From the NCBI GenBank assembly GCA_002269645.1, contig NIVC01003286.1, positions 1 through 64,000 on the forward strand: a stretch of DNA of 64,000 nucleotides. The letters run 5' to 3'. Source of the DNA: Macrostomum lignano. Lineage: Eukaryota. Shown piece after piece: positions 60,568 to 64,000 of this stretch. The position numbers and the translations under genes are program-made. Positions within the stretch are counted from its first letter, which is position 1. Every line of letters begins with the position of its first letter. A model generated the notes under the pieces. That model saw nothing but the letters and a program-made list of their open reading frames with translations. It did no database searches and was not told where the DNA came from.

Positions 60568-63500
60568 CTAGGCGCTGTTGCTTAAATGTCCATTCCTCGA
60601 ACACAGACGCACTATAGTGTTCAAGAAACGCTGAGGCTTACGCACCAGACGGCCGGAACGGGTCGTCGTAATCGGCGTAGTGACTGGACCAGCTGGAAAT
60701 GCTTCCACTTTATCACTATCCACGGTATCTTGCGCTGGTGGTGTCTCTCGACTACAATGGCTGCCACTCGTTGGACTTTCTGGACGCGAGCCGTCCATTG
60801 CAGGCATGGTAATGCTGCTTTCATGGACTCGAGATTCTGGCAGCTGTTCTTCTGTGTTGTTCGGCGGTACTTCCACTTCTGCACCAATTTCAGGTACCTG
60901 GTAATCCTGTTGCAGATTGCCCGAGTCTGCCACTTCTACGAAAGCGCTAGGCAAGCTTGACAACTGGTTTCGTGCTAAACGATCAGGCGACGATGTGCAC
61001 AGAAAATCAGGCGCTACTGTGCGCGGTGGATTAGGCGCTGGTGGGTGCGGTGGATCAGGCGCTGATGTGCGCGGTGGATCAGGCGCTGATGTGTGCGGTG
61101 GATCAGGCGCTGATGTGTGCGGTGGATCAGGCGCTGATGTGCGCGGTGGATCAGGCGCTGATGTGTGCGGTGGATCAGGCGCTGATGTGTGCGGTGGATC
61201 AGGCGCTGATGTGCGCGGTGGATCCGGCGCTGGTGTGTGTGGTGGATCAGGCGCTGATGTGTGCGGTGGATCAGGCGCTTCGTCATCCTGCGTGTTGGGA
61301 ACTTCAGCTTCTGGTTCCGGCTCACTGCAGGTAGTGGCCGATGGACCCCAGGAGTCACTGCGAGACTCGGATTGATCATCGAGTTGGCCTAATCTCGAAG
61401 GCGGAATCAGAGCTGGGACCCTGAGTTCGAACCGGTCGGCGATATCTTGGTACGTTTGCTTGCGGATACACCGCTTCATTCGGTCTACGTTGTAGATGTT
61501 ATGACTCGGATTTGGTGTTTGGCAGATTGGATTGATGCGAGCGAATTCGGGAATGAGGCGGTAGTTTCGCTCAGAAACCTTTTGAACTACTTTGTATGGC
61601 CCTAACCAGACGGCTGAGTCTAATCCCCGATGGTCGGGGTTGAGTACCCACACCAGTTCTCCGATTTCGAAGTTGGAGTGAATGGTATTACGATCATAAT
61701 TCCGCTTTTGCCTCTGTTGGGCCTTACCTCGCTCCATGCGGGCGATCGCCGATACCTCCACCAATAGTTTGTGCAGCTTGTGTGCATAACAGTCTGGATC
61801 ATACCTGTCGTGCCTTGGCGGGTTGAACAGCAGGTCTAGAGGCAGCACAAGTTCCCGACCGAAAAAGAGCCTGGCTGGGGTCCAGCCTGTGGATTCGGCC
61901 ACAGTCGTCCGGATTGAAAGACCGGCCAAACGAGCTGCATAGACCCAATTGACTCTTTTTTCAAGGCAAATTGCACGAATCTGCGCTTTGATTGATTGTA
62001 TGGTCCTTTCCGCTTTACCGTTTGATTGCGGCCTGTGTGCGGTGATACGTGCCATATCTATTTCAAGTAGTCTGGTGAGCTCGGCTACCGTTTTATTTAT
62101 GAAGGCCGTGCCATTATCCGAAACAAGTTTCTCCATAGTGCCATATCGAACTATCCACTCGGTTAGTATAACTGTGGCGGTAGTTGCGGCCGAGACGTCT
62201 GGGACAGGCACGATCTCTACATACCCAGAAAAGTTATCTACTAGCACCAGCAAGTAACGGTTGCCCTCCTGCTCTGGGAAAGGCCCTGCGTGGTCAACGT
62301 GCACAATTTGATTTGGATAGCCTGATAAAATTGGTTCTAATGGTTCTTTATTCTTCCGTTTGTTCTTCTTAGTGCGGCAGCATACCTCGCATTCAGCAAT
62401 GATTCCCTTCACGAACACTTCGAGGTTTGTGATTTGGAACCTTTGTTTTAAGGCCCGGACTGTTTTGTTGATTCCGCAGTGATTAATGTCTCTGTGATAG
62501 CAGGAAACTAGCTCATCAACATCTGCTGTCTCTGGTATGATTATGAGGCGCTGACTGACTTGGCCCTGCTTAGCGGGTTTGACGCGAGTCAGAAGGCCAT
62601 TTACAACCTCGAGTTCGTCAAACATGGCCCAAAGCGTTCGAATTTCACGACTGCAGTCCTGGACTTCAACCTTAGTTAGTCTTGGAGATTTCCCTTCAAC
62701 GGCCTCAATCAATCTCACGAGATCTGTGCTAGATTCTTGAGCTTCTCTAGCCCATAGATTTTCGGAATTTTCTGACATCTTATCCTCAGATGTTTCTCCC
62801 TCCGGGTCCGGTTCCTGGGCTGTCGAAGGCAAGCTAAGTGACCGATGGCTTCTGACCTCATCCGACCCTTCATGGCTGGTCAAAATCTCGGAAGGATACT
62901 TCGGCTCTTGGTTTGATTGGTGGGACTCCGTCTGGCAGCAAGCGTCTATTTGTGCTGTTCTCAGTTGCACAGCGGGCATGCTGTCTGTATCCTCATCCTC
63001 GTCCTGGCACCTTTGCTCCTCCAACTTCCTAAATTTGTCTTGGAAAGCAGGGATTTTGCTGCACGTTGGGCAGTCATGGTGATCTGACCTAAACCTGGGG
63101 TTGCGGCTGAGCATATCCGCGTTAACATGATCACGGCCAGGACGATGCTCCACTGAGAAGTCATACTCCGCAAGTCGTTCCAGTGGTGTCTGACATACCT
63201 TAAAGTTGTAGACGTCAATGGTTGCCAGCCACTGAGCTAGCATGCCCGTGCTATGTTTTTTGGTGTGCAGCCACTGCAAGGCTGCTGCATCGGAACGCAC
63301 CAGAAAACTGCGGTCCAAGAGGTACGTTCTGAAGTGTTCTAGCATAATGACCAAGCCAAGTAGTTCGCGCATAGTAGCACAATAGTTCCGCTGGGAGTGC
63401 GTGAATTTCTTGGACGCGTACGCCACAACGTGTTCTTGTCCATCTGGGCCTTCTTGTGACAATACTCCGCCAACTCCTTCGAGCGAGGAGTCACAGTCCA

Positions 63501-63996
63501 AGATGAAGGGCCCAGCTGACGGCTTGAGGTCAGGATATGCTAGAACTGGAGGAGCACATAAATTGGCCTTCAACTCTTCAAATGCTCTGTCGTGATGTTC
63601 GAGCCAGCAGAATTTTGATGACCCTTTGGCCAACGAATACAGAGGAGATGCGATTACAGAAAATCGAGCTACAAATTTCCTGTAATAATTCGCGAATCCC
63701 AGGAAAGCTAGTAACTGCCTCTTGTCTGTTGGCTTGCACCAGTTTCTAACAGCGTCGATCTTAGTCGGATCTGCTTCTATGCCCTGGGAGGAGACGACGA
63801 ATCCTAAGAAACGAACTCGATCCTTAAAAAGTTCACATTTCGATGGCTTGATTTTTAGATTGGCCTTTTTAAGTTGCCAAAGGACAAGGGCCAGGTGGAC
63901 GATCATTTCGTCATTGTCTCTGGCTTTTATAATGATGTCGTCCAAGTAGATAAGGCTGACGCGCATTAATAAAGGTCGGAAAACTTTGTGCATCAA
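60568..63996 (-). CDS. Gypsy Pol (RT C-terminus, RNase H, integrase, Pro-rich tail), 5'-incomplete
   Basis: YLDD, LDCDSS...RNYCATMRELL, HRDINH...C..C zinc-binding motif, HVDHAGP, SDNG, SNGKAERTI; PDPPHTSA repeats (24-bp units at ~61010-61280); no stops over 1142 codons. Confidence 0.93.
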   Translation of the reverse strand: MMHKVFRPLLMRVSLIYLDDIIIKARDNDEMIVHLALVLWQLKKANLKIKPSKCELFKDRVRFLGFVVSSQGIEADPTKIDAVRNWCKPTDKRQLLAFLGFANYYRKFVARFSVIASPLYSLAKGSSKFCWLEHHDRAFEELKANLCAPPVLAYPDLKPSAGPFILDCDSSLEGVGGVLSQEGPDGQEHVVAYASKKFTHSQRNYCATMRELLGLVIMLEHFRTYLLDRSFLVRSDAAALQWLHTKKHSTGMLAQWLATIDVYNFKVCQTPLERLAEYDFSVEHRPGRDHVNADMLSRNPRFRSDHHDCPTCSKIPAFQDKFRKLEEQRCQDEDEDTDSMPAVQLRTAQIDACCQTESHQSNQEPKYPSEILTSHEGSDEVRSHRSLSLPSTAQEPDPEGETSEDKMSENSENLWAREAQESSTDLVRLIEAVEGKSPRLTKVEVQDCSREIRTLWAMFDELEVVNGLLTRVKPAKQGQVSQRLIIIPETADVDELVSCYHRDINHCGINKTVRALKQRFQITNLEVFVKGIIAECEVCCRTKKNKRKNKEPLEPILSGYPNQIVHVDHAGPFPEQEGNRYLLVLVDNFSGYVEIVPVPDVSAATTATVILTEWIVRYGTMEKLVSDNGTAFINKTVAELTRLLEIDMARITAHRPQSNGKAERTIQSIKAQIRAICLEKRVNWVYAARLAGLSIRTTVAESTGWTPARLFFGRELVLPLDLLFNPPRHDRYDPDCYAHKLHKLLVEVSAIARMERGKAQQRQKRNYDRNTIHSNFEIGELVWVLNPDHRGLDSAVWLGPYKVVQKVSERNYRLIPEFARINPICQTPNPSHNIYNVDRMKRCIRKQTYQDIADRFELRVPALIPPSRLGQLDDQSESRSDSWGPSATTCSEPEPEAEVPNTQDDEAPDPPHTSAPDPPHTPAPDPPRTSAPDPPHTSAPDPPHTSAPDPPRTSAPDPPHTSAPDPPHTSAPDPPRTSAPDPPHPPAPNPPRTVAPDFLCTSSPDRLARNQLSSLPSAFVEVADSGNLQQDYQVPEIGAEVEVPPNNTEEQLPESRVHESSITMPAMDGSRPESPTSGSHCSRETPPAQDTVDSDKVEAFPAGPVTTPITTTRSGRLVRKPQRFLNTIVRLCSRNGHLSNSA

Positions 63997-64000
63997 CTTG

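Larger units (their letters stand above)
58925..64000 (-). mobile_element. Ty3/Gypsy LTR retrotransposon, 3' part (continues beyond the window)
   Basis: Open pol ORF 60568..63996; PPT GAAAGGGGCGGA at 59450-59461 followed by TGTAAC (3' LTR starts at 59449 on minus); AATAAA near 59005; distal LTR end (~58925) is a guess. Confidence 0.85.

Overview
Eukaryotic (invertebrate animal) genomic DNA with spliceosomal introns and a high density of transposable elements and tandem repeats; the style suggests a repeat-rich flatworm-type genome, but that is an unverified inference. Two host loci are present. (1) A + strand tandem cluster of three paralogous three-exon genes (ATG at 873, 21682, 42347) predicted to encode secreted ~630-aa proteins: signal peptide, two tandem copies of an unrecognised ~125-aa Cys-containing domain separated by a hypervariable AT-rich linker, then a C-terminal fibrinogen-related domain (FReD). 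There is also a remnant fourth upstream region and a degenerate extra FReD exon. (2) A 13-exon PDE9-type cGMP phosphodiesterase gene on the - strand (55203 to ~49538). The rest holds three substantial Ty3/Gypsy LTR elements plus fragments, a 2.2-kb solo-LTR-like insertion, RNase H-bearing non-LTR retrotransposons (I-group and R1/LOA-like), an Ngaro-type tyrosine-recombinase retrotransposon inserted in a 23-bp satellite, a tRNA-derived SINE, a MITE, and many mini/microsatellites. The most promising novel system is the FReD gene cluster, whose diversification pattern resembles an innate-immune recognition family.
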